NCBI GenBank assembly: GCA_031362725.1 | Contig: JANLTC010000233.1 | Span: 12,308-76,307, forward strand | Source: Deltaproteobacteria bacterium | GTDB taxonomy: Bacteria > Myxococcota_A > UBA9160 > PR03 | Direction: 5' to 3' | DNA length: 64,000 nucleotides | Shown: positions 1 through 9,555 of the stretch, piece by piece | Layout of the letters: every line of letters starts with the position of its first letter | Position numbering within the stretch: the first letter of the stretch is position 1 | Position numbers and translations under genes: made by a program | The notes under the pieces: generated by a model | Told to the model about the DNA's origin: nothing | What the model saw: the letters and a program-made list of their open reading frames with translations, nothing else | The model's database searches: none

Positions 1-1
1 T

Positions 2-241
2 TCGGGCGTGGATCCCGCGCTCGCCGACGGCCTCGATCCGGGAGACGTTGCGGCGCTGCTCGCGAGCGGCACGCCACTCGCCGGCGCGCGCCTTCTGTTC
101 GTCGCTCCCGGCCGCGTCGAGTTCGTGTTGCCCTCCGATTTTCCGATCGCAGCCGCCGAAGTGCAGATCTTCCTGGTGTACCAGGGCGATCCGCTGCTCT
201 CGAATCCGGCGCCGCTCGTGGTGGAAGGAGCGACGCCGTGA
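2..241 (+). CDS. 3' end of an upstream gene (hypothetical protein, 5' partial)
   Basis: The open frame runs off the left edge. Third codon positions are G/C rich. Its TGA (239-241) overlaps the GTG of the next gene (GTGA). No domain recognised. Confidence 0.5.
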   Translation, partial: SGVDPALADGLDPGDVAALLASGTPLAGARLLFVAPGRVEFVLPSDFPIAAAEVQIFLVYQGDPLLSNPAPLVVEGATP

Positions 242-1803
242 GCTCCGCACCGCACCGACATCGGCTTCGCGTCGCCGTGCTCGCGATCGCGCTGCTCGCG
301 CTGCCCGCATCGACATGCCGGATCGTGAAGGACGACGATCCGCTGCTGAACCTCGATGCGGTCGACGCACTCACCTGGAACGCCGCCGAGATCGTGCCCA
401 ACGCACCGTGGATCCGTCCGGGGCCCGATCGCCGCTTCGGCACCGCCGACGACGTGATCGATTCGAGGCTACGCGGCGACGTCGATCTGGTGCTGCGCAG
501 CGGCGGGGCGGCGATCGGCGCGACGATTCCGGCGCCGACCGCGAGCGTCGCACCAGGCCTCTGGCCGCTCGGTGTCGCAGAGCCGTTCGCCGAGGGCACG
601 CCGATCGACTTCGTCGTGGTCCCCGTCGATGGGCACACCAGCGCGCCGTACGGAACGCCCGGCGCACCGCCGTACTGGAACGGCATGCCGGTGCTGGTGC
701 TGGCCTTCGCCGACCTCGATGGCGACGGCGTGATCGGTGTGACGAACCTCGACGGCAACTCGCTCGACCACGCGCTCGAGGAAGCGGAATGGTTGCCGGT
801 CGGCCGGCGCTTCAGCTTCGGCGCGAACGGCCAGGCGACCGGTTCGCTCCAGATCGGTGTCGGTGGGCCGTCCGCTGCACCCGCCCGCGTCGTGCTCGGC
901 GCCGCCGCGTGGGCCGGCGCGCTCGACCCGGCCTTTCTTGGTGGCAACGTCCCGCACGGTCCTGCCGTGATGACACGACTGCCGTTCTTGCCGGTCCTCG
1001 ATCCTCGGAAGGTTCTCGAAGGCGGGCCGAATGGTCCGCCGGCGCCCACGCCGACCTCGCTGGTCGGCGTCGAGATCCGCGTCGCGCACGCGCCCGACCC
1101 CAATGATCCGCGCGTGGGCGAGTCCTTCACGCTGCGACTCGACGGCAGCGACCCGACGATCGACGCCGCGCGCGTGCTGTCGGGCGCTGCGAGTCGCTTC
1201 GGTGTCGTGCAGCAGCCGGACCCCGCGACGTACCTGAACCTGCCCGCGCGGCCGCTGCGGCCCGGCCTCGCACCGAACGGAGCGCGCGTCGCGGTCGAAG
1301 TTCTGACGCGTGTGCGCGTCGCGGACGACGGAGCCACATCGCGCACCGCGCTGCGCGTCGTTCCGCTCGATCGGCTCGGCAACGTCACCGATCCGGTCGC
1401 GGCGACGCCGGTCACGCTGCGCACCAGTGGGCCCGTGCGCATCGTCTCTCCCGACACGGACGGCGATCCGCATCTCGAGATCGTCTCGGTCGTCGACGCG
1501 ATCGGCCCCGCGATCGAGCTCGACGATTCGGGCGGCGCCCTCGACGATGTCGACACGAGCGAGCTGCGGATCGAGGCGGGCGATGCACTCGCGCGCGTCC
1601 TGCTGCTGCTCCCCGATCCCGATGTGGATGATTCGGGCATCGTCACGACGGCCGACATCGACGCGATCGATGCGCACCGGGGCGACCGTCTCGGCGATGC
1701 TGGCTTCGATCCGCGCTTCGACCTCGACACCAGCGGGCGCATCGACGCGGGCGATACCGGGATCGCCGCGGCGCAACTCGGCGCGCTGGTGGCGATTCCG
1801 TAA
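238..1803 (+). CDS. Secreted or lipoprotein-like hypothetical protein with dockerin/EF-hand-like C-terminal repeats
   Basis: Signal-like N-terminus LRVAVLAIALLALPASTC. C-terminal paired D-x-D-x-(S/D)G motifs: DPDVDDSGIVTTADIDAI and DLDTSGRIDAGDTGIAAAQL. Confidence 0.7.
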   Translation: MSSAPHRHRLRVAVLAIALLALPASTCRIVKDDDPLLNLDAVDALTWNAAEIVPNAPWIRPGPDRRFGTADDVIDSRLRGDVDLVLRSGGAAIGATIPAPTASVAPGLWPLGVAEPFAEGTPIDFVVVPVDGHTSAPYGTPGAPPYWNGMPVLVLAFADLDGDGVIGVTNLDGNSLDHALEEAEWLPVGRRFSFGANGQATGSLQIGVGGPSAAPARVVLGAAAWAGALDPAFLGGNVPHGPAVMTRLPFLPVLDPRKVLEGGPNGPPAPTPTSLVGVEIRVAHAPDPNDPRVGESFTLRLDGSDPTIDAARVLSGAASRFGVVQQPDPATYLNLPARPLRPGLAPNGARVAVEVLTRVRVADDGATSRTALRVVPLDRLGNVTDPVAATPVTLRTSGPVRIVSPDTDGDPHLEIVSVVDAIGPAIELDDSGGALDDVDTSELRIEAGDALARVLLLLPDPDVDDSGIVTTADIDAIDAHRGDRLGDAGFDPRFDLDTSGRIDAGDTGIAAAQLGALVAIP

Positions 1804-1830
1804 CAGCGGCGCTCACCCGGGAACGAGAAA

Positions 1831-3123
1831 CTAGATCCCGATCAGCGGCGCGAGCAGCATCTTGGCGATCTCCTTCAGCGGGATCTGCATCGCGAAGACG
1901 GGAATCAGCGGAAGCGCCGACGCCAGCAACACCGGCACGAGACTCTGTCGCCCGACCGGTACCGTCCGCATCTTCGCGATCACTTCGTAGAGCGCGATGG
2001 TGTCGGCCACCGGCCCGATCTCGGGCGCCGAGAGCAGGCCCTGATCGTCTACGGACTCGTGACGGATCCAGCGGCGCTCGACGAGGCGCCCGTGTTCGGC
2101 GAGCAGCGCCCCGTACGCCGCGAGGCTCGCCCGCCGCGCGGCGCGGAGCCGCGGTGCGAACGCCAGCAGCGGCAAGAGCCCGATCGCGGCGAGCACCAAC
2201 ACGAGCGCTGCGGCGGGCACCTTCAGCGTCTGGACGTCGAGGCCGTGATACATCGCATCGTGTCCCCAGCGGCCCGCAACGGGAACGGCGATCGCGAAGA
2301 AGAGCGGCGCCAGTCCAACCGTCAGCTGCTCGAGAAACCCGAGCCCCGCGGTGCGGTCGGGATGCGTCGGCGCGAGCCGCAGTTCGAGCGCTGCGATGCG
2401 CGAGAACATCCACGCGAGCAATGCCAGCCGCCAGAGCCACGCGACGAGCATCAGCAAGAACAGCGGCCGCGACACGAACGAGAACCAGAGCACGCCCCAA
2501 TGGAGGCCGCCCACCGGCTCCACCTCCCAAGCGAGCTCGTGCAGATCGTAGCTACGGGTAAAGCCCGCGATCGTCGCGATCGCGACCAGCGCGACCATGA
2601 CCAGCAGCGCCGTTCGCGAAGCGCGCAGCGCGCGCGCCCGCTCGAGGATGGAACGGAACGCGGGCATCAGTGCTGCGTCGACGAGTCCGCGCGACACGAA
2701 CTGCGGCAGCACCCGACGCAGCGCCGCGTCGGTGCTGCTCTCGGCCACGAGCAGCAGCGGTAGTGCCAGCAGGAAGCGCGCGTGGATCCCGAAGTGCTGG
2801 AGCAGCGGCTCCGGCACCGTGCCCGGCAGCAGCCGCCGCTGCCACAGTGCGTAGAGCATCAGCGGCAGCCAGGTGATCCCGACCGCGATCGCGATGCGCC
2901 GGCCGAGCCCGAAGCCGCCGCGCCGCGGGATCAGCCCGATCGCCTGTTGTGCGCGAACCAGCGCGTCGTCCGCGAAGAGCGAGTAGCTCTCCGCTTCGAT
3001 GCTGGCAGCGCCCGGTCGATCGTGGTTCGCGATGGTCAAGTTCCTCAGCTTCCGCGCTTCATCCGCGCGAGTCGGCGCGCCATCGCGCGGTGGAACGGTT
3101 CGTGGCCGTGCGTGAAGACCCAT
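1831..3123 (-). CDS. Multi-pass integral membrane protein, family not recognised
   Basis: Several hydrophobic helices (IAIAVGITWLPLMLYALW, LLVMVALVAIATIAGF, FLLMLVAWLWRLALLAWMF, ALVLVLAAIGLLPLLAF). The ATG at 3123 overlaps the SDR gene by 79 nt. An alternative TTG at 3039 is preceded by GAGGAA. Confidence 0.6.
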   Translation of the reverse strand: MGLHARPRTVPPRDGAPTRADEARKLRNLTIANHDRPGAASIEAESYSLFADDALVRAQQAIGLIPRRGGFGLGRRIAIAVGITWLPLMLYALWQRRLLPGTVPEPLLQHFGIHARFLLALPLLLVAESSTDAALRRVLPQFVSRGLVDAALMPAFRSILERARALRASRTALLVMVALVAIATIAGFTRSYDLHELAWEVEPVGGLHWGVLWFSFVSRPLFLLMLVAWLWRLALLAWMFSRIAALELRLAPTHPDRTAGLGFLEQLTVGLAPLFFAIAVPVAGRWGHDAMYHGLDVQTLKVPAAALVLVLAAIGLLPLLAFAPRLRAARRASLAAYGALLAEHGRLVERRWIRHESVDDQGLLSAPEIGPVADTIALYEVIAKMRTVPVGRQSLVPVLLASALPLIPVFAMQIPLKEIAKMLLAPLIGI

Positions 3124-3908
3124 TGCAGCAGACCCGGCGCGACCGCGTGCACGACCTCGAGCAGCGTCGCCCAGCGCGGCGCGACGCGAACCGCGCGCGT
3201 GACGACGGCCCACCCGATGCGCCGCGCGGCCTGCTCGGCACCGAGCGCGGGGAATGCGTCGTAGATGCGTGTCGGCGCGAGCATCGCGGTGCGAACCAGC
3301 GGAACCTGGATCGTCGTGACGGCGATTCCGCGCCCGCCGAGTTCGAGTCGCAGCGTGCGCGCGAAGTGATCGGACGCCGCCTTGGCTGCCACGTAGGCCG
3401 CGAAGTTCGGCGCGCCCGTCTGCACGCCGATCGTCGAGATCTGCACGATGTGGCCGGCGCCGCGATCGAGCATCGACGGCAGCAGCCCGAGCGTCAGCGT
3501 CATCGGGCCGATGTAGTTGACCGCGACGAGGCGCGCGAGGTCTTCGGCCTTGTAATCGACGACGGCGCGCCGGATCGAATGCCCCGCGTTGTTCACCAGG
3601 ATGTCCACGGGGCCGTCGTCGCGCAGTACGCTCTCGGCGAGCGCCCGACACGACTCGACACTCGACAGATCGGCCGTGCGCACCTGCGCCCGCCCGCCGA
3701 GCCGTTCGCAGTCCTCGGCGACCTGCTCCAGCTCCTCGCCGCGGCGCGACACCAACACGAGCGCTGCACCCGCCCGCGCGGCTTGCAGCACGAACGCGCG
3801 GCCGATGCCGGACGACGCGCCGGTGACCAGCATGCGGCGCGCGCGCAGCGCCACGCCGAGTCGCGCGAGATAGTTCTGCTCCGCTCTCGCCCGCAAGCGC
3901 CCCAGCAC
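3045..3908 (-). CDS. Short-chain dehydrogenase/reductase (SDR) family oxidoreductase
   Basis: TGASSGIG nucleotide-binding motif, NNAG, and catalytic Y-x-x-x-K (YVAAKAA). Start set at GTG 3908 (GGGAG 7 nt upstream); ATG 3833 is also possible. Confidence 0.85.
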   Translation of the reverse strand: MLGRLRARAEQNYLARLGVALRARRMLVTGASSGIGRAFVLQAARAGAALVLVSRRGEELEQVAEDCERLGGRAQVRTADLSSVESCRALAESVLRDDGPVDILVNNAGHSIRRAVVDYKAEDLARLVAVNYIGPMTLTLGLLPSMLDRGAGHIVQISTIGVQTGAPNFAAYVAAKAASDHFARTLRLELGGRGIAVTTIQVPLVRTAMLAPTRIYDAFPALGAEQAARRIGWAVVTRAVRVAPRWATLLEVVHAVAPGLLQWVFTHGHEPFHRAMARRLARMKRGS

Positions 3909-4160
3909 CGTCACGCTCCCTCTCGAGATTCCGCCCAGCGCCACACTAGAGGGCTTGGCGACGCGCCGCCGCTGACGCGCTCGCCCATCCACGGTGCGTG
4001 AGATCCCCCGGCCCAGCGGGCGAACTCCCCCAGCCCGCCCTCTCTTCGCCCGCGGCGCGCCACCAGCGCGTCGCTCGCGGGTCGATCCGATGGCACGCGC
4101 GTTGCTCATGCAAGTACCGACCGGGGGAAGGCTCCCGCGCGAAACGGCAGGGACGAGGCG

Positions 4161-5378
4161 ATGCGCAACGGTGGAGAAGCTGAGGTCCGGGTCGCGCTCT
4201 ACTCGCACGACGCGATGGGGCTCGGCCATCTGCGGCGCAACATCGCGATCGCGCGCGCGCTGGTCGAGTCGCCGCTGCACCCCTCGGTGCTGATCCTATC
4301 CGGTGTCCGCGAGGCCGCCTCTGTCCGTCTGCCCGAACGCACCGACTGCCTCACGCTGCCCTCGCTCCACAAGCAGGACGACGGCAGCTACCGCTCCCGC
4401 TCGCTCGCGCTCGGCGTGCCGGAGCTGATCCACATGCGCTCGCTCGCGATCCGCGGCGCGCTCGAGTCGTTTGCGCCGCACGCGTTCGTGGTGGACAAGA
4501 ACCCGCTCGGCGTGTTCGGCGAACTCGAGCCCGCCCTCGGCCATCTCGCCGCCATGGGCCAGACGCGCTGCGTGCTCGGATTGCGCGACGTGCTCGACGA
4601 GCCCGCGGTCGTCGAGCGCGAGTGGGGCCAGACGCGCGGCACCGTCAGCGTGCGACGTTTCTACGACGCTGTGTGGGTCTACGGCGATCCCGCCGTCTAT
4701 GACCCGTTCCTCGATGTCCCGGGCGCCGCGTCGGTGTCGTCGCAGTTGTCGTTCACCGGCTACCTCGGACCGCGCCCGCACGCGCTCGATCCGGCCTGCG
4801 AAGCCGTGCTGCGCGCGCGCCTCGAGATTCCGACGGGCCGCATCTTTCTCTGCCTGCTCGGCGGCGGGCAGGACGGCTGGGACCTGGCGGCGCGCTTCGC
4901 GAACACCGCGCTGCCCGAGGATGCCGTCGGCGTGATCGTGACGGGGCCGTTCATGCCATCCGCCGCTCGCCGCAGGCTCGCCACCGCCGCGACTCTCAAC
5001 CCGCGGCTGCGCGTGCTCGAGTTCGTCCACGAGATCGAGAAACTGGTGGCCGCATCCGACCGCATCGTCGCGATGGGGGGGTACAACACGGTGTGTGAGG
5101 TGCTGGCGGCGCGCAAGCCGCTGCTGCTCGTGCCGCGCGTTGCACCGCGGCGGGAGCAGGCGATTCGCGCCGAGCGTCTCGAGGCGCTCGGGCTCGCGAG
5201 CGTGCTGCTGCCGGGCGAACTCGCCACCGACAAGCTCGATCGCTGGCTCGTCGCCTCGCATCCCGAGCCCGATCCGAGCGGCATCGATCTCGGCGGGCTC
5301 CTGCGCATTCCGGCGCTGCTTGCCGCGCTGCTCGCCGAAAGCTCCGAGGGCGGCAGGGTCAGCGCGGTTTCCGCATGA
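4161..5378 (+). CDS. GT28/MurG-like predicted glycosyltransferase
   Basis: N-terminal YSHDAMGLGHLRRN and C-terminal AMGGYNTVCEVL..KPLLLVPR resemble the MurG-like C-terminal domain group. It is the first gene of a tightly packed plus-strand operon. Confidence 0.75.
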   Translation: MRNGGEAEVRVALYSHDAMGLGHLRRNIAIARALVESPLHPSVLILSGVREAASVRLPERTDCLTLPSLHKQDDGSYRSRSLALGVPELIHMRSLAIRGALESFAPHAFVVDKNPLGVFGELEPALGHLAAMGQTRCVLGLRDVLDEPAVVEREWGQTRGTVSVRRFYDAVWVYGDPAVYDPFLDVPGAASVSSQLSFTGYLGPRPHALDPACEAVLRARLEIPTGRIFLCLLGGGQDGWDLAARFANTALPEDAVGVIVTGPFMPSAARRRLATAATLNPRLRVLEFVHEIEKLVAASDRIVAMGGYNTVCEVLAARKPLLLVPRVAPRREQAIRAERLEALGLASVLLPGELATDKLDRWLVASHPEPDPSGIDLGGLLRIPALLAALLAESSEGGRVSAVSA

Positions 5379-6604
5379 GCACGGCGCGCGTTGGATACGT
5401 GCTGAAGCGCTATCCGCGCTACTCGGAGACCTTCGTCGTCAACGAGATCCTCGCGCTCGAGGAGGCGGGTGTCGCGATCTCGATCTTCTCGCTGCGGCCA
5501 CCCGAAGACGGTCACTTCCAGGACGCGATCTCGCGGGTGCGCGCGCGCGTCGGCTACTACACCGCCGTGGGTCTGCGCGCCGACGACCTGTGGCGCGCGG
5601 TCGCCGACGCTGGCGTGTGCATCGACGACGTCGAGAGCCGCCTCATACAGGCGCGCGGCATGGACCACCGCCACGTCTACCAGGCGCTGCGGATTGCGCG
5701 CGACGCGCGGCAGCTCGGCGTCACGCACCTGCACGCGCACTTCGCGACCGAGGCCACCGACGTCGCGCAGCTCGCCGCGCACTTCGCGGATCTGCCCTTC
5801 TCGTTCACGGCGCACGCCAAGGACATCTTCCACGAGGACGTCCGCCCGGCAGCGCTGGTGACGAAGATGCGCGCCGCGAGCGCGGTCGTCACGGTGAGCG
5901 ACTACAACGCGCGTTTCCTGCGCGGGCTCGCCGGCGCGCCGGCCGCGCGCGTGGTGCGCGTCTACAACGGCCTTCCGCTCGAAGAGATCGCGTTCGCCGA
6001 GCCGGCGCAGCGAGCGCGCACGATCGTCGCGGTGGGGCGCCTCGTCGAGAAAAAGGGATTCGCCGTGCTGATCGAAGCGAGCGCGCTGTTGCGCCGCCGT
6101 GGCGTCGCGCATCGCTGCGAGATCATCGGCCAGGGTCCGCTCGAGGAGCCTCTGCGCGCACAGATCGACGCGCTCGGCCTCGGCGACGGCGTCGAACTCC
6201 TGGGTCCGCTCCCGCGCCGCGACGTACTTGAGCGCGTGCAGTCCGCGGCGCTCTTGGCGGCGCCGTGCGTCACCGGCGCCGACGGCAATCGCGACGGACT
6301 CCCGACCGTCGTACTCGAGGCAATGGCGGCCGGTACGCCGTGCGTCGCGACCGACGTGACGGGGCTACCCGAGATCGTGCGCGACGGCGAAACCGGGCTG
6401 CTCGTCCCCGAAGGCCAGGCGCCCGCGCTCGCCGACGCGATCGAGCGTCTCCTCGAGGACGCCGCATTGCGCGTGCGGATCGCCGCGGCGGCGCGCCGCC
6501 TCGTGGAACACAGCTTCGACTTGCAACGCAACGTCGAGACGCTGCGGCATCTGTTCGGCGCGGGAGAGCCGGCGGAACGAGCGCGGGCCGGAGCGTCGGC
6601 GTGA
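5375..6604 (+). CDS. Family 4 glycosyltransferase (WcaL-like)
   Basis: N-terminus GYVLKRYPRYSETFVVNEI. C-terminal GT4 signature LEAMAAGTPCVATDVTGLPEIVRDGETGLLVP. ATGA overlap with the upstream stop. Confidence 0.85.
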   Translation: MSTARVGYVLKRYPRYSETFVVNEILALEEAGVAISIFSLRPPEDGHFQDAISRVRARVGYYTAVGLRADDLWRAVADAGVCIDDVESRLIQARGMDHRHVYQALRIARDARQLGVTHLHAHFATEATDVAQLAAHFADLPFSFTAHAKDIFHEDVRPAALVTKMRAASAVVTVSDYNARFLRGLAGAPAARVVRVYNGLPLEEIAFAEPAQRARTIVAVGRLVEKKGFAVLIEASALLRRRGVAHRCEIIGQGPLEEPLRAQIDALGLGDGVELLGPLPRRDVLERVQSAALLAAPCVTGADGNRDGLPTVVLEAMAAGTPCVATDVTGLPEIVRDGETGLLVPEGQAPALADAIERLLEDAALRVRIAAAARRLVEHSFDLQRNVETLRHLFGAGEPAERARAGASA

Positions 6605-7794
6605 TGCGCGTGGCGAACGTCTGCGCCGATCCGGGCGTGCCGGTCTTCGGCCGCAAGGGATGCTCCGTCCACGTGCAGGAGATGCTCCGCGCGCTGCGCC
6701 GGGTGGGCGCCGACCTCGAACTCTTCGTGCTGCGCACGGGCGAACCGCCGCCGGCCGACCTCGCCGACCTGCGCGTACACCCGCTGCCCGCGCCGCGCAG
6801 CGACTCGCCGAGCGCGCGTGAGCTTGCACTGGTTGCCGGCAACGATTTGCTGCGCGCGGCGCTCGCAGCGCGCGGCCCCTTCGACTTCGTGTACGAGCGC
6901 CACGCGCTTTTCGCCACCGGCGCGATGGCGTACGCGCAGGGCGCCGGAATCCCCGGCATGCTCGAAATTAACGCGCCGCTCGTCGAAGAGCAACAGCGCC
7001 ACCGCGTGCTCACCCACGTGCAGCTCGCGCAAGCCAGCCGCGCGCAAGCGTTCGAAGCCGCAACTGTGCTGCTGCCCGTATCCGAGGAGCTGGCCGCGTG
7101 GCTGCGGCAGCACGCGCCGACGACGTCCAGGATCGACGTGACTCCGAATAGCGTCGACGCCGCACGATTCGCCGCTGCGCGGCCGGCCGCACAACGCTTC
7201 ACGCTCGGCTTCGTCGGCGGGCTTCGGCCGTGGCACGGCCTTGCGGATCTCGCAGCCATCTTCGCCTCCGTACGCGCCGAGCGGGCCGACGCCCAACTGC
7301 TCATCGTCGGCGACGGCCCGGGCCGCGCCGGCCTCGAAGCGGATCTCGCCGCGCGTGGCGTGCTGGCGGGCGTCACCTTTGCCGGCGCCGTCGCACCCGA
7401 CGCGGTGCCCGCGTGGCTCGCCGCGATCGACGTCGCTCTCGCGCCCTACCCGTCCGACGCATCGTTCTACTTCTCGCCGCTCAAGCTCTTCGAATACATG
7501 GCCGCGGGTCGCGCGATCGTCGCGAGCGCGATCGGCCAGATCGCGAGCGTCGTGCGCCATGCCGAAACGGGCTGGCTGCACGCGCCCGGCGACATCGCCG
7601 CTGCGGCGCGCGCGTCGCTTGTGCTCGCGCACGACGCAGCGCTGCGGGCGCACCTGGGCGCGGCGGCACAATCCTGGGTCGCCACGCACCGCAGCTGGGA
7701 TGCGATTGCGGCGCGCGTCGTCGCGCTGGCCGCGGCGACCCGGCCCGCCAGCCGGAGCTCTGCCACGCGCGGGCTCCGGCTGGAGCTTCGCTGA
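6604..7794 (+). CDS. Family 4 glycosyltransferase
   Basis: MRVANVCADPGVPVFGRKGCSVHVQEM N-terminus and C-terminal KLFEYMAAGRAIVASAIGQIASVVRHAETGWL. The in-frame ATG at 6604 overlaps the upstream TGA by 1 nt. The longer ORF-track start (6265) is Arg-rich and overlaps the previous gene. Confidence 0.8.
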   Translation: MRVANVCADPGVPVFGRKGCSVHVQEMLRALRRVGADLELFVLRTGEPPPADLADLRVHPLPAPRSDSPSARELALVAGNDLLRAALAARGPFDFVYERHALFATGAMAYAQGAGIPGMLEINAPLVEEQQRHRVLTHVQLAQASRAQAFEAATVLLPVSEELAAWLRQHAPTTSRIDVTPNSVDAARFAAARPAAQRFTLGFVGGLRPWHGLADLAAIFASVRAERADAQLLIVGDGPGRAGLEADLAARGVLAGVTFAGAVAPDAVPAWLAAIDVALAPYPSDASFYFSPLKLFEYMAAGRAIVASAIGQIASVVRHAETGWLHAPGDIAAAARASLVLAHDAALRAHLGAAAQSWVATHRSWDAIAARVVALAAATRPASRSSATRGLRLELR

Positions 7795-9555
7795 GTGGCC
7801 CGTCCGCTCCGCTGGCGCGCAATCGCACCGCGCTTCGCGCGCGTTGCGGCACGCTTCCGGCCCGAACTCGCGCGCGAGCGCGGGCTGCTCGCGGCCTCGT
7901 CCGCGGCGCTGCTCGCCGACATCGCGCTGAACCTGCTCGAGCCGTGGCCGATGAAGATCGTCTTCGATTCCGTACTCCGTGCAGCCGCGCCGCCGGCCTG
8001 GCTCGACGGGGTTCCGAGCACCTGGCTGATCGCGGGCTGCGCGGTCGCAACCTTCGCCGTGGTCGCCGCTGCTGCGGCCGCGAGCTACGTCAGCACGATC
8101 GGCTTCGCGCTCGCCGGCAATCGCGTGCTGACGCGCGTTCGCGAGCGACTCTTCGCGCACACCCAGCAGCTCTCGCTCACGACCGAACGCGACGCGCGTC
8201 TCGGCGACTGGCTGACGCGCATCGTCGGTGACGTCGGGATCCTGAAGGACGTCGTCGTGACGGCGCTGCTGCCGCTCGGTGCCAGCCTTCTCGTGCTCGT
8301 TGGAATGCTCGCGGTGATGCTGTGGATGGACCCGCGACTCGCCGTCGTCGCGCTCGCACCGCTGCCGGTCTTCGCACTCTTCACGGTCCGGCGTACGCGA
8401 CACATCCAGCAGGCGGGGCGCGAGCAGCGTCAGCGCGAAGGCGAACTCGCCAACGCCGCGGCGGAATCGCTCGGCGCGCTCGCGGTGGTACAGATGCTCT
8501 CGCTCGAATCGCGTTTCGCGCGGCTCTTCGGCGCCGCGAGTGCACGCGATCTCTCGCAGGGCGTGCGCGGGAAACGCCTCGCGGCCGGACTCGAGCGCGG
8601 CGTCGACCTGCTTGCCGGGCTCTCGACGGCACTGGTGCTCGGCTACGGCGCGTCGCGCGTGCAGAGCGGGCACGTGACACCCGGCGAGCTGATCGTGTTC
8701 CTCACCTATCAGCGGCGCGCCTTCAAGCCGGTGCGCGACTTCGCCAAGTACACCGCCCGCATCGCCAAGGCCACCGCGTCGGGCGAGCGCGTGCTCGAAC
8801 TCCTCGACCGCACTCCGGCCGTGCAAGAGCGCGCGAACGCGCGCGTGGCGCCGCAACTCTCGGGCGCGGTCGCGTTCCGCGGCGTGCACTTCGGCTACGG
8901 CGACGGCGCGCCCGTGCTCGACGGCTTCGATCTCGCGATCGCGCCCGGCGAGTGGGTCGCCCTGGTCGGCGCCTCGGGCGCGGGCAAGTCCACACTCGCG
9001 GCGCTGCTGCTGCGCCTCGCCGATCCGCAGCAGGGCGCCGTACTCGTGGACGGGCTCGACGTGCGCGAACTCACGCTGCATTCGCTGCGCAGCCAGATCG
9101 CCGTCGTGCCGCAGGACGACGTCCTCTTCGTCGGCACGCTGCGCGAGAACATCGCCTGCGGCAAGCCGGACGCCAGCGACGCCGAGATCGAGGCCGCGGC
9201 CCGACTGGCGCGCGTGGACGAGTTCGCCGCGCGATTGCCAGATGGACTCGACACCCTTGTCGGCGAGCGCGGCGCAACGCTCTCGCGCGGCCAGCGCCAG
9301 CGCGTCGGCATCGCGCGCGCGGCGCTGCGCGAGGCGCCGATCCTCGTGCTCGACGAGCCGATGACCGGGCTCGACGCCGAGAACGAGCGACTCGTTCGCG
9401 ACGCACTCGAGCGCGCCGCGCGCGGCCGCACCTGCCTGCTCATCACACACGATGTGGAGCATGCCGCTCGTTGCGACCGCATCGTCTCACTCGGCGTCGC
9501 CAGCGCGCCAGCGCGTGCGGAGAACGCGAGAGGTCTCCGTGTCGGCGCGAGCTGA
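7795..9555 (+). CDS. ABC exporter, fused permease/ATPase (MsbA-like)
   Basis: N-terminal transmembrane domain. Walker A GASGAGKST, ABC signature LSRGQRQRVGIARA, Walker B ILVLDEP. The GTG start directly follows the upstream TGA. Confidence 0.9.
   Translation: MARPLRWRAIAPRFARVAARFRPELARERGLLAASSAALLADIALNLLEPWPMKIVFDSVLRAAAPPAWLDGVPSTWLIAGCAVATFAVVAAAAAASYVSTIGFALAGNRVLTRVRERLFAHTQQLSLTTERDARLGDWLTRIVGDVGILKDVVVTALLPLGASLLVLVGMLAVMLWMDPRLAVVALAPLPVFALFTVRRTRHIQQAGREQRQREGELANAAAESLGALAVVQMLSLESRFARLFGAASARDLSQGVRGKRLAAGLERGVDLLAGLSTALVLGYGASRVQSGHVTPGELIVFLTYQRRAFKPVRDFAKYTARIAKATASGERVLELLDRTPAVQERANARVAPQLSGAVAFRGVHFGYGDGAPVLDGFDLAIAPGEWVALVGASGAGKSTLAALLLRLADPQQGAVLVDGLDVRELTLHSLRSQIAVVPQDDVLFVGTLRENIACGKPDASDAEIEAAARLARVDEFAARLPDGLDTLVGERGATLSRGQRQRVGIARAALREAPILVLDEPMTGLDAENERLVRDALERAARGRTCLLITHDVEHAARCDRIVSLGVASAPARAENARGLRVGAS

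Noticed and set aside
5962-9462. 1166-aa minus-strand ORF, and similar very long ORFs at 469-1776, 11689-13902, 16508-18442, 24035-26155, 48354-50894 and 61118-63181
   Set aside because: They are antisense to genes with clear catalytic motifs (GT4, ABC exporter, porin, KatG, KatE). Their translations are Arg/Ala/Gly/Pro-rich low-complexity strings with no motifs. Such shadow ORFs are expected at ~70% GC.
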